A DNA stretch of 21,407 nucleotides from positions 1-21,407 of the forward strand of contig JAKLZA010000369.1 of assembly GCA_030704615.1 (NCBI GenBank), read 5' to 3'. The notes under the pieces were generated by a model. The model made no database searches and was not told where the DNA came from. It saw only the letters and a list, made by a program, of their open reading frames with translations. This document shows positions 1 to 11,800 of this stretch, one piece after another; the stretch's first letter is position 1; every line of letters begins with the position of its first letter. The translations under genes and the position numbers were made by a program. This stretch comes from Takakia lepidozioides (lineage: Eukaryota > Plantae > Bryophyta).

Positions 1-330
1 GACACAGGGAGGCAGTTCGAGTCTCAACGTGTGAGACACGATGACCGTTCGCCTTTGGCAGAGTGGGTCAACAGGTGGGGTCAACCACGAGCAGCATACC
101 ACACTGCCTCAGTTCCAGGATTCCCATGCTTTTCGGGATGGTGGACCTGGCCTCCTGTGGGATGCTCAGGTGCAGCAGTTAGTGGAGCCTAATGCCGACG
201 AGCGAGAGCGGGCTATGGGGTTTTCCACTGGGACCACGGCGGGTGCCTTCTCTTTCTGAGGCATCACGTCGTCAGGTGTTGGGGCAAGCAATGGATCTCA
301 AATTGCTTGACCTGGATTGTCAGCTTGGCT
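1..330 (+). pseudogene. C-terminal part of a C5-cytosine DNA methyltransferase domain in the Gypsy polyprotein (frameshifted)
   Basis: Joining frames gives EPNADERERAMGFSTGTTAG..LSEASRRQVLGQAMDL.CLTWI. This matches DNMT motifs IX (E.ER..GF) and X (R.Q.LG.[AS]) in order and spacing. Confidence 0.7.
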
Positions 331-739
331 ATGGCTGACAACGTAGAGTGCGGAGTGCACTTCCTTGACGGTCTCTCTGCCTACCGAGACGGTACAGGAG
401 CGGAGTGGGGGGAGCCGGTGAGGACCACGAGGTGTGTGTAGACATCCATGGCACATGTGGGAGGTGCTCGAGGTTCAGAGGGAGTTGGCAGCGAAGGCAG
501 CTGTGATACGTGATGATGAGGTGGGGATTCTTCTCGGGATGAGGAGGTCCTCAATGATGAGATGATGGGGCAGGATGAGGCCTGTCATTGACTGAGCAGG
601 AAGGGGGTACTGCTCAAGAGGTTGCAGCATAGCAACCACGGGACGCGTCCTCTACCTCTAAGCCCACTGGACTTAAGTTGCAGTTACGGGGACAATTGGG
701 AGCCTGATATTGGACCCATTGTCACCGGAGGAGAGAGAG

Positions 740-2130
740 AGACGACGTATATACGGCGGTTCCTGAGGGCTTATAGGAAATTGCTTTGCCTTCAGTTTGA
801 AGGACTTGGGAGCACTGAAGGGTCAGAGATCCGTATTGAGTTGGCCACTGACATGCCAATCTTTCGGAGACCCTATAGATACAGTGACATGGAGAGGTCT
901 TTGATTCAGATGAGGACTCAAGATCTCTGGGAGCAGGTTTGTGGAGCTCTCTGTGGAGAGTATGCTTCAGCCACAGTGATGCCAGCTAAGAAGGATGTCT
1001 ATGGCATTGGACGGAGAGACAGAGAGTATGTGCGGTGATTACCGGCCTGTAAATCGTCAGACCAAGTCCGATAGGTATGCCATGCCAACACCAGAGGAGA
1101 GAGAGATCTTTGATGCCATTGGGCATTCAAGGTCTTTAGCACGTTGGATTACGATCCGGATATCACCAGTTGCCGAATCAAGGAGGCGGATAAGCAAAAG
1201 ACGGCATTCTGGGGGATCAATGAGCACGGGAAGGATTGCCTATACCAGTGGCGGTTCTTACCATTTGGGCTTTAAAAACGCTCCCGCTAAGTTTCAAAGA
1301 GTCATGGACAGGATTCTAGCAGGGGTGGAGTTTGCTCGGTGCTACATAGATGACATCCATCTTTAGTGCTACGGTGGGAGGAGCCATGATGAGAGACACC
1401 TTCAGGGGGTATTTGAGCGCTTGAGGACGCAAGGATTGAAATTACATCGGGCAAGTGCAAGTTTTCCACAACCAGATTGAGTATCTGGGTCACATGATAT
1501 AATCCTGGAGGATTGGGGGTACAACAGACTAAGGTAGAGTCCATTGCACAGGTTCCACGCCCCATGGATGTGAGCCGAGTTCGAGCTTTATGGGGTTAGC
1601 AAACTATTACAGACGGTTTGGTAAGGGATTTAGTGCCATTGCAAAGGCTCTAACCCAAGCTGACCAAGGTGGACCAGGAGTGGCAGTGGGAAGATGAGCA
1701 AGAACAAGCTTTTCAAGAGCTCAAGGCGAGGTTGACCTCGGCGCCCATCTTGAGACGACCTATCAGGGGCGTTCTTTTCAGCTGCATACAGATGGAGCAT
1801 GCTGGGGCTTGGAGCGGTGCTCACACAGGTGGATGATGAGGGAAGAGAGTTCGTAGTGGCTTATGCTAGCAGCTCGAACAATGCTGCAGAGTCTAAGTAT
1901 AGCTCATATGAGGGAGAATGCTAGCTGCAGTGTGGGCCGTGGCACACTTCAGGTGCTATCTATACGGCAATCTCTTCACCCTTGTCACGGATCACCAACC
2001 ACTCAAGTGGTTGATGGAGTCAGACAAGCTTACGGGGAAGCTTGCACGGTGGGCACTCATCCTTCAAGAGTATGACTTTCAGGTGGTGCATCGACCGGGT
2101 TTGGTCAATCGAAATGCAGATGGGTGAGTC
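740..2130 (+). pseudogene. pol: Gypsy reverse transcriptase + RNase H (frameshifted)
   Basis: Fragments IRIELATDMPIFRRPYRYS, MCGDYRPVNRQTKSDRYAMPTPEE, GFKNAPAKFQRVMDRIL, CYIDDI, AAVWAVAHFRCYLYGNLFTLVTDHQPLKWL, KLARWALILQEYDFQVVHRPG. Confidence 0.93.
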
Positions 2131-2310
2131 GCAATCCATGCACGAGCCAGCAGGATGACACTGGAGCTCGGTTGCATGGTGAGAAGACGAGGAGATGGTG
2201 CCCGGATGGCATGCATCTGCATTTCTGTGTATCTTGGCAGCGGAGGGCCAGGTTGGACCTACAACAGGGATGACTGTTAGATCAAGTGTCTGAGGACCCT
2301 GAGGCCAGCA

Positions 2311-3827
2311 ATGAGCAGGGTGGCGCCAAAGATTACCAAAGATATACATGAGGATTCAGTTGTGTTGGACTACCTCCGCAGTGGAGACACGACAGCCACT
2401 ATGACTGCCAAGGAGAGGGATCGGATCCTACAACGAGCCAAGAGGTTCAGGTGGGAGGGGACACACCTGCTTCGAGTGTGGGAGGATTGGTCGAGTGAGG
2501 ATTGTGCCTCACCCAACACAGCGGGGCACGGTTAGTGCGGCATGCCATGAGGAGTTGGGGCATTTTGGGGTGCGACGCACTCATAGTCTACTGCAGGGGC
2601 AGTATTGGTGGCGTGGTATGCACACAGAGGTGCAACAATTTGTGGCTAGGTGCATGGTGTGTGACAGGGTGCGTGCTTCATTCAACGCCCCTACTCCACC
2701 ACAATTGCACCCTCTTCCGATCATGGGATTGGGCTACAGGTGGAGTCTTGACTTCGCAGGGCCGTTGCCACTGACCATGCGCCACAACAAGTACGTGTGG
2801 TGATGGTGGAGGGAGCACTTCTCCAAGGGGATTGAATTGGTTCCATTGCCTGATAAGGCTAGTGAGGGAGCTGCGTATGCATTCCTGGATGTGTGCTAGC
2901 GATTGTGTGCTTAGCTGAGGATTCGCACGGACGAGGCTGAGGACTCAGGAGAGAGAGGGAGAGAGTTCTTGGGGGAGTTTCAGGCTTTGTGTGACAAGGC
3001 CTTGATAGACCACCGCACCACTTCCCGGGATCATCCTGAAGCCGATGGCTTGGCAGAGAGAGAGTTGTTCAGACAAGTTAAAGAGGGGTTTGCGCAAGTA
3101 AAGTATGGCTTGCAGAAGGGACACCTAGGGGATTGGGACCTTCAATTACCTGGTTAGCCATGGGCTACAGGTCAGCAGCAAGCAAGCATCACTTGCCTCC
3201 TTCTCACCATACTTCTCTTCTCTTTGCTGAGAGCCGGATTTGCCTACATCCATTCGCAGAGAGAAGCTGCTACAGTTCTTAACCTTGACGATCCGGGACG
3301 TGTGGGCATGTGCATGTGAGCAGCGTGCAGAGTTGTTCAAGAGAGTCATGCCCATGGCTTTCGAGAACCTTGCCATTGCACAACACCGTGATACGTTGAG
3401 TATGCTACCATACGTGGTGGGGGGGCTATCGTCCTGGGGTTCGGAGTCAACCCTGGGTGACTATGTCTATCTGCAGCACAGACTGCTCCTACGACCCTGG
3501 ATGTGACTGCAGGACGTGTTATTTTGAGGGTTCGAGAGGTCTTGCCCTCAGGCGTCTTGGTCTTGGAGGGTCGGGATGGCATAACTTGGAAGGACCATGT
3601 GCGTAATTGTGCGCCATGTCACCTTCCGAATGTCGATGGCAGGATTGACCCAAACCTGGCAGTGGTATATCTGCAGTTTGAGGTGCATGTTGTGTGGGTC
3701 TGCTAAAGGGGCAGCCACCATGCTGGTGTGCGATCAATGCTCTAGAGGTTGGCATATGGGATGCTTGACTCCACCTCTTGAGATGGTTCCGGATGGGGAT
3801 TGGTTATGTCCACATTGCATTGGATAG
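2311..3827 (+). pseudogene. Gypsy integrase with C-terminal PHD finger (frameshifted)
   Basis: Zinc finger CHEELGHFG...CMVC, core WSLDFAGP and DHPEADGLAER, terminal C4HC3 PHD CMLC...CDQCSRGWHMGCLTPPL..VPDGDWLCPHC, stop at 3827. Confidence 0.92.
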
Positions 3828-4076
3828 TGGGAGTGGATACAACCATGGAAGGCTAACAAGAAACGCAAGGCCCAGCTACTAGGAGACCTTGAACACACGA
3901 GGTCCTGGCTCAAGTTCACAGATTGCAAGATGGCGACTAACGATGGGGCTACTCTTGTACCCGGCCTCTTGGTCTATAGAGTTTGAGTACAATAGGGACA
4001 GTGATAGAGGACTTAGTACGGCTGTGGCTATTACATCTTGTAGCTATCTGGAGGTAGAGGGACCTATCCACCAGCT

Positions 4077-4086
4077 AGGGGGGCGA
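4077..4086 (+). other. Polypurine tract
   Basis: AGGGGGGCGA one base before the TGT that starts the LTR. Confidence 0.7.
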
Positions 4087-4087
4087 T

Positions 4088-4626
4088 TGTGGCAGACTAC
4101 TTTATTGTGCATATATGTGTGGTGTGGTTTGGACAGCGATGTAGTTGTGTAGCGATATGTATGCGCACGACAGCTGTCAAGTTAAATAAGCACAGTGTGA
4201 AAACAGCTAGAATAAAACTAGTTATTTGTAGTTAAACACTTGGATTAGGTCAAGTGTTAAATCAGGTGTCAAGTTTAGTTTGACACCTGGTCCGTCTTAT
4301 CTTCACGAGAGCGGCAGTCGCGCGGCGCTCATCTTTCTCGAGTTGAGCCTGCCGCGACCGAGCTCTTGTGTGCGTTTAGATCTGAGTTTACTCATGATGG
4401 GAGTGTAGGTTGTGTGGGGTGGAGTCCCCATAGCTTGGGGTGCCCCTGGCTCGACTACTGTTTTAAAGAGTGATGGTTTTGGATTTCACATTGTTTCTTG
4501 TGTGGAGAGCAGTGTCATTTGTTAGCTTTCTTATCATTGTGGCAGACTACTTTATTGTGCATATATGTGTGGTGTGGTTTGGACAGCGATTGATGTAGTT
4601 GTGTAGCGATATGTATGCGCATGACA
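4088..4626 (+). repeat. 3' LTR (~540 bp) with its first ~85 bp duplicated at its end
   Basis: Starts TGT after the PPT and ends ACA where the methyltransferase exon resumes on the minus strand. 4088-4172 and 4538-4626 are near-identical. Confidence 0.75.
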
Positions 4627-5798
4627 ATGCACGTCCACTTCTTTTCAGAATCGGGACGGCGCTCTTGCGGGTCCACTTCGCAATTCTGTCTGAGTGTTTT
4701 TTCCTCTGCTCGCCAGGACAAACCACACAGCCTCTGTCGTCCAACACCATGCGGGCAAGCCCGAATCATTTCTTCCAAAAGTCCTCCGAGTACCTGTTCC
4801 AAGATGGCAAAGCTTGCAGTCCTTCCACAGGCTCTCCGTCCGGAATATCCAAGATGATCATATCGCAAGACCACTCGGTGGCATTTCCGCCCCTCCTACA
4901 ATCCTTGTCTGCACACACCCTCTCAAATAATGAGACCATATTCTGAATCCTGGGGGTGTCGGAAGGCTTTTTCGGCAGTCGCCTTCTTCAGTGCTCTGCC
5001 CTTCAGACCCTCCATGGTCTTCATGTATGCCAACTTCGCTGCCCGTCATCCCAAAGCCGCCAAGAAACTCTCATTTACACACTGGACTACTGTTTCGGGA
5101 GCCACTTTCGGCCTCTTCATTTCCACCGGCTCGAAAGGGTGCCCCCCTGGGGGGTTGAAGAGTGCCTTCTTTGCCGAGCCAGTTCTCGTGCCTCTCGTGA
5201 CAACGGTGGGACAGTGGGCACAGGGGAGGCAGCCTGCGTTTGGGGGGGTGGGCTGGTTGCAAAGTCTCCATCGGAGTCCTCTTCCTCACCCTCTTCCTGA
5301 ACAGGCTATTTCTGCTTCTTCGTTTTGGGGGTGTCACAACAGCTGCTCCTTGCTGGCGAGTCCTCTTCTTTGACCCTTCTGTTGGGCCTGCACAAGCTGC
5401 ATCCACCGTCTTTTGTGCCATCTCAGTTGCCTTTCTGGATTCTTCCAGAGCAGCAGATTCCTTTGCCGACTTTGGCCCCAGCAGGGACACGTCTTTCCTT
5501 TCTCTTCTCTTCTGCCAAGGCATGCAGATCTTTCTCAGACTCGTCAACAATACCGCCAGACATATCCAGGTACCAGGGGCATCCAAACGAGATGCGCGGG
5601 ATGCCATTGGTTCTGCATCTCGGGTTGTGTAGACACAGCTTGGGGCCCGCCACGGTCCAAGCCATGAAGAACGGGGGCTCTTGAGCCAGGCCCCTGTCTG
5701 AAGGCAGCACGTATTTCATATACCTGCAAGGCAGTCAGCATGGCGTGAGCATAAGATTGGACGAACCTACTGGCAGAGTGCCACCGAAAACAAAATGC

Positions 5799-5816
5799 AA
5801 ATGCGGTGCCGCATTT
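5799..5816. promoter_or_regulatory. Intronic palindrome AAATGCGG-TG-CCGCATTT (host-copy variant of the element palindrome)
   Basis: 8-bp perfect arms, in intron 5724-5868. Regulatory role is inferred. Confidence 0.5.
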
Positions 5817-7011
5817 CCGAGACAAACCTCGTAACCAGGCTTCGCATACAAGGGCAGCTGTGCTTCACCTGTAAACAATTCGCATTTGCAGCTTCCCCGC
5901 TCCCTCCTGATGTGTAACTCCACGCTCCTTCTTGCTGTCTGTAGCTCTCTGGCGAAAAAGGTTTGTCCTTGTACGCACATCTGAAACGCGTCACGTAGTC
6001 TTCCAATGTCTGTGTTCCATCCCATTTGACGTACAAGCCGAACGAATTTGTGTGCATTACGACTTGCTCCTTCGCATTCGACATTACCTACGATTCCCAA
6101 ATGCATTGTCACGTAGCAGTTCAGAGGAATTCATTTCAGAAAAGCAAATCTGGGGAAGTACCTTGAATTACCTGGAACCACCAGTCATGCGGTTGAGCCA
6201 CACATCCACTGCAGGGTCGGAAACTTCGAGTGGAAAAGACCACATTGTCCTTATGCTCTCGGATGCATTCCAGATCGACAGCCACCGTGTCTGCCATTTC
6301 CGATCCAATGTCAGGAGCTGGAAGAGAGTGGCTATTGCTAGGAAGGAACTTCAGTGCATTGAAACCTCACCTTCTCTTTCGCCTCAACACATGCCGTTGA
6401 GAGGTAGGTGATGCAGTTTCTCCAATTGCATGGTCGGCTGCATGGCCCAAGAATAGTGTTTTGCAATCTCGGGATGAAGTCCTTTCCAAGTGCCGGATCT
6501 GCAATTGCCACCAGCTTCACAAGCTTTGACTTGTATTTGGTTCTGGACTTGACACCGGCTTCCTTCAAGTGCTCAGTCAATGACTGCAACGTTTTGACCT
6601 GCCCCTCACTTTCCATGAAGAAGCGTTTGGCATGGGCCAAATCCGGCTTGATGTGTTGGACTGCCAACAAAAACATGCAGAAGCGTTACATTCGATTCAT
6701 GTGGAAAGATTACTGGAAATTGGGGAAGGATGAGCAGAGGGAAATCGGAGGACGACTTACTTTGTATATCACCTCCACCATTCCATCCATAGTGAGACGA
6801 TACCATGTCCGGTCTGTTTTTGCCAACGGCTTTCTGAATGAGCTCGGGCTCCAGCATTTCCGCAAAACATCTGCGGATCAGTGAGACCAGTTTCCTCACC
6901 CTGTACAGCATATGTGTCATGTGGGTATGCACGTACGCATTCTCAGTGACCCTGCAAGGCACACTCTCCAGTTCAGTACACGGAAGCACGGAAACAAACC
7001 AGAATGGAAAC

Positions 7012-7033
7012 CGAAATGCGGCACCGCATTTCG
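7012..7033. promoter_or_regulatory. Intronic palindrome CGAAATGCGG-CA-CCGCATTTCG (host-copy variant)
   Basis: 10-bp perfect arms, in intron 6952-7063. Regulatory role is inferred. Confidence 0.5.
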
Positions 7034-7992
7034 AACGTGCTAGGGAGGGTATGAGTATCTTACGAGTTGAGGTCCGCCATGGCATTCTTGAGCAGGGAAG
7101 AGTCTGCCGCCTTCACCTTCAGGATGACACACTCCACCATGTAATGCCAGCCAATGTGCTTGGCATGGTTCTGCTTGATGTACTCCTACCAAGCAAGAAG
7201 TCGGTGATTCCCGTCCCACACAAAGAACATTTTACCCGACATATGGCCGAAGTCTGGATCACCCTTCAGCGTCGCCTCAAATTCGGTTGGTTGCGAGGTG
7301 CCAGTGGGTATCCCACGTTGACAATTCATCGGCAGTGGGTCCACGAGTTTCGCCGTCCTCATTCTCAATGGAAACGTAAAACGCTGCCGATCCCAGACGG
7401 TACCCTTCTCGAAATGCGAACTTGAGCTTATCCACATCTCCGGGAAGGGCCTGCCTGACGATGGAAGAGACCACGACGAGTGGGAGAGAGGGAGACCATG
7501 CGACAGAGTGGATTCAAAGAGTCCGCTGGAATACCCTGCTGCCAGAACTCTGCCAATGCTACTGTGTGTCTCCTCCAACATTTTATCCTGCTGCACTTTT
7601 GAAATCCTCCGGAGACATGTCTGTAGGTGCTGGCTGGCAGTGGCTGAGCAGCTGGAGCATCCTCAACTGGAGCTGCACTCTGGGGCCTGTCTGCGGGCAA
7701 TTCTGCCATTGCAGAGGCCTCCTCCGGGCCTGCTTGCTCATCGGTGGTGAGGTCTTACTGCGAACGTTGAGCGGCAGCACCCTCCTCCGGTACCAAATCG
7801 ACAGAAACGGTCGATCCCATTGCCTTCGCTGCGCAGCAGAGTCGGCCCCACCATCTACAGGCGGAAATCCTCCAGGAACTGAGCTTCAGCTCGTGGAAGC
7901 GGTTTTGCGAGAGATTATTCGGCCGTCGCCCCTGATTGCCTTCTGCTTCCTCATCCTTGCAGGTGAAGGGTGTCGCTTGCAATTGAATCTGT

Positions 7993-8001
7993 CTTTTACC
8001 C
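7993..8001 (+). repeat. Left target-site duplication CTTTTACCC
   Basis: Identical to 20979-20987 and directly abuts the left TIR. Confidence 0.9.
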
Positions 8002-8049
8002 GAGGTTTGCTATTTCATGAGCATGAGCGGCATGAGCGGCATGAGCAGA
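8002..8049 (+). repeat. Left terminal inverted repeat
   Basis: GAGGTTTGCTATTTCATGAGCATGAGCGGCATGAGCGGCATGAGCAGA; the right end reads GGGGCTGCTATTTCATGAGCGGCATGAGCATGAGCGG on the minus strand. Confidence 0.88.
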
Positions 8050-8244
8050 GTAGTAACACAATCGGTTTTCATGAGCAGAAGTACAAATTTCGAAAATAAA
8101 AAACAATTAAAAAACAATAATTTAATGCAATGTGTCAGGAAAAACAAATATATTATTCGCCCCTTGAAGGGAAAATTGCAGTTTTGACAGTTGTGCTCAT
8201 GATATTTCGTCTTCCGCTCATGCCAATTCCCAGCGACATGTGCA

Positions 8245-8684
8245 AATATGGCGCCGAATTTCGCGGTAATAGGGTCCGTAACCTGAAAAAACGGCGACGT
8301 ATTTCGTACGGTAATAGGTAATAGGTCTCTGGCGAAAAATGGTGCCGGAATTCCGCGGCTATAGGTCCCCTCATGACAGGTAATTCGGCGCCATTTTTCC
8401 AGTGCATGTTCGGACTTAGCCAGTTTTCGGCGCAAAATAGGGAAATTCGGCGCCATTTTTCCAGACACTGTACCAGTGCATGTTGGGACTTAGCCAGTTT
8501 CGGCCCAAAAAAGAGAAATTCGGCGCCATTTTCCAGACACGGTACCAGTGCATGTGGGACTTAGCCAGTTTTCGGCCCCAAAAAGAGAAATTCGGCGCCA
8601 TTTTCCCAGACACAGGTACCAGTGCATGTTGGGACTTAGCCAGTTTTCGGCCCCAAAAAGAGAAATTCGGCGCCATTTTTCCAG
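8245..8684. repeat. Palindrome array A (~73-bp tandem unit plus degenerate copies)
   Basis: GGCGCC cores at 8387, 8449, 8522, 8594 and 8669, further copies at 8250, 8293 and 8341 (the latter two degenerate). The unit also contains GGGACTTAGCCA. Confidence 0.95.
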
Positions 8685-8840
8685 AAATGGCCCCACAACT
8701 GCTTCTGTTGGATCTCAGTTTGAATGGAATATTGCCTCATTCCAGGAGTTTTGGGGTGCATTTCATTACACTGCAAAAAAAAAGTCTGATACAGCAAAAT
8801 GCATTTGAAAATATCCATATGGAGGATTCCCTTTGCCCCA

Positions 8841-11800
8841 TCAATGATTTCTGGAATCCCTAAGGAGGAGTTTGTGCAGCTCGTTCACGCTCAACGCCGG
8901 TGCATGAATAAAGTCATCAATAGTCACGTTCATCCTCAACCTCTTCAGGTAGATGTAATACAGAAGATGCTTGCACGGATAATACTTCGAACCCTTCTTT
9001 GCTTCCATCAACGAGAAGTCCGTACAATTGCAAGTCGGCTCCACTCCAATCGTAATTGTGTATACATCGTCGCGTACAGCCGAGCCGGCCGTTGCCATCC
9101 GATACACACGCCCAAGGCCGGGTGGGGGTACGTCCACGGAGCTCTTGAATAGTGCAAGCCATCCCAAGAGCATTGGCAATCCGAGTCTCATTCAACTTGT
9201 TGGGAGGGGTGTTGTCTCTTCACTCTTCCGAATCGCATTGTGGGATGTGCAGAATTGTCCAATCCGTCTCTACTGGACGGCCGAGCAAGTCTGCAATGGC
9301 TGGGTCTGAGGAACCGGAAATGCGTGGGCCGGGATGTCTGTGCGTTGCACCATTCGAAATCCTGCTGCAGATAGAGCATCCGCCTCATTCTGAGAGAGGC
9401 TGCAACCCGGTGCAACAGGCTAGACGCCCGGAGGCTCCGACATTCCCTGAATCCCGTACTTGGGCTTGCCAAATACACAGGTCATTATGTCGTGCCTACA
9501 GAACCAAAATGTCTGCGTTGTGGCGTGAGCAAATGTGGGAGTCCAAAAATCTGCCGCTGAAACAAGGTGCAGGTACAGCACCGTGTGGGTTCCTCCGAAT
9601 CATCTCACCACAACGTGCTCTCGTATCCACCCGGATGGCGCAGCACTTCCTCGAAATGCCGGCAATGTCCTCGCAATTCTCCACTGTGACTCCGACACTC
9701 TTGTCTCCACAATGGGAATGTTGTACTGCTTTACTACAGATGGCTCGTTATGTTGTCGGGGCACGCGCCCTGTGCTCAAAGGAGATGGCGATCTTGAACG
9801 TGCAGGACTTGCGGTGCTCGACGAGACCTCCTCGGGCAACATCACCGGACCACGAGGGAGCGTGCAAATATTTTTGTCAGCTCGCCATGAATCCTCTTCT
9901 CCGCCAGGTGCCTCGTCAAGTCTTCGTCTCACTGGACGGGTATGAACATCTCCTTCCAAATGTTGGCCTCTTCGCAGCAATGGCGTGTCCCGAAGGCCCT
10001 CTCGCAAGGTCGCCGCCCACTTTCGAGGATTCTTTGATCTGGAGGCCGTCCGCATCAGCATTTCCTGCCTGTCCGGCCCCAAGCCCCACTGTTTCCCTTT
10101 CAAGAACTCGTTTGTACCTGCATTGCTGCATAATTGACCTCACAACGACGTGTCACCGAGGCGGCCCGTTGAGGAGCGATGCATGTTTCCGAAAACGAGG
10201 CCGCCAAGAGCGAAAGGAGGGAGGAATCCGAGGAGCCGGAGTCGGGAGCTGTCTCTAATCCCTTTTCCACAAGGTAACCGGGTAGAGAGAATCTTTGGTG
10301 GTTGCGGATTACGGTTTTAGAATAGAAATTAGCCAAAGAAGCATCTCCGATTGTGTGTCCTCTCCTTTCATCTCACAAATAGCAATTGTCATTAGCATCC
10401 TGCAGTGGGTGTCGTAGACATGTGCACCCATTGTCACCCACTGGTGATTTGTAATTCGCTTGATATGGTCGAACATGACCCAACTGTTTGACAAGTTCCC
10501 ACTCGTCATCCTGTCGACCACCAGTTCGACGCCGCTGCCAGGTCCACACGTGGACATTTTGAATACGAAACAACGATCTGCCTCAGTCCCTTGTCCTGGA
10601 AACCTACTTCCATGAATGTAGTCATATCGACATCGTCGCTTCACCTCCAGAATGGAGTGCATATCCGAGCCACGCCCAATTTTCTGTTTGCATGAGACAA
10701 TGTGGTTTCGGACATTCGGTGAACATACATGGGACACCGACTCCAGCAATGCCTCCATTTCCTTCTCGTCGAGAGGAACTCTATCGGAGCCGTCTTCCGA
10801 CATAATTCTGGCCAATGCCATCTTATGGGCGGCTTGGAGCTGTATCTGTTTGGGTTTGGCACCCGGTCTCAACTTAACCTCCTCCTGAACGAGCTCCTCT
10901 GCTTCGTGGGCAGCCTCCTGCGAGTTCCCCCTCGCCAATTTTGTGACAATGGGAACCAACGTGTATGCAAGCTCGGGTGAGGTCAGGGAAAACGTGCAAC
11001 ACATAGAACTGCTTGGCATTACAAACAGACATGCAGTGTGGTGGTTCTTTGCAATGCGCACACTTAAATGTGGAGTTCGGAACCTTCTCCTGAGCTCGAA
11101 ATGGTTGGTGAGCTGTGCCTGTCCAATCGGTCTCGTTCCTGTGACCTCTGGATTTAAAGTGGAAGCAAGTTGGGGAGAAACACCGCAACGCGCCCGCACA
11201 ACAACGTAGCGCACCCGCACACCATCGAGCATCTTCATGCTGGTGGTTTTGGTAACGCACCAAGGATGACCGTCATGTTTTATATCCATATCTGTCAACA
11301 TTCCGGACGCCCTCAAGTAGTCCGCCCGAGGAGGGAACTCAAAGAAGATATTACCGTCGACGTCGGCGGGAAGACATGTAACCGATTTAGTTGCGAACTT
11401 GCTGTAGTCCAGCCCGGCCAGCTCCGACCGGTGTCCTTCCAGGTGAAGCCCTCGCAGAATTTCAAGAATAGATCGAACTGCGGTGCTCGTGCTGGGAATA
11501 TGACTCCCTCCTCCACTGACGTCCATTGAGGACTTGCCTGATCTCCAGGACGACCTCAGAACTTCCATGACCTCGTCTGAGTCGGACAGGTTGTGAACAA
11601 CCCGGTTCTCGCTCGTCTTCATGGATGGGTTCGGCTCTGGATTTACTTCGTTGCGGACTTCTCTCTTTGAGGTAGCCATTCTCTCTGATTCGCGGATTGT
11701 TTCGTGGAAGGCGCCAGGATAGAAGGTGCATTTGGCGGGCAAATGAAGTCCCCAACAGCCCTGTATATGACGCTGTCCGATGGTGGAACTCGCCATTCCC

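Larger units (their letters stand above)
1..4626 (+). mobile_element. Ty3/Gypsy LTR retrotransposon, 3' portion (5' end outside window)
   Basis: Domain order RT (CYIDDI), RNase H, integrase (HHCC + DDE), then polypurine tract and TG...CA LTR. Many frameshifts. Confidence 0.95.
4627..8001 (-). pseudogene. Multi-exon ParB-like/amino-methyltransferase-fold gene, host copy, interrupted at both ends
   Basis: KMFFVWDGNHRLLAW (DGNHR at 7201-7215) and DMIILDIPDG (DIPDG at 4835-4849). GT-AG introns at 6952-7063, 6661-6760, 6291-6370, 6088-6171 and 5724-5868 match intron positions in the paralogue. In-frame TGA at 4766-4768. Cut by the LTR after KWTCI. Confidence 0.85.

Noticed and set aside
622-3706. 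Programmed frameshifting in the Gypsy pol
   Set aside because: The shifts are too numerous and fall inside conserved domains, so decay or sequencing error is more likely.
8010-8050. His/Glu-rich peptide FHEHERHERHEQ (also at 20920-20970)
   Set aside because: It is the translation of the TIR micro-repeat.
9152-10258. 368-aa plus-strand ORF (similarly 15134-16129 minus and 7422-8099 plus)
   Set aside because: Antisense shadows of motif-bearing genes on the opposite strand, with no recognisable domain.
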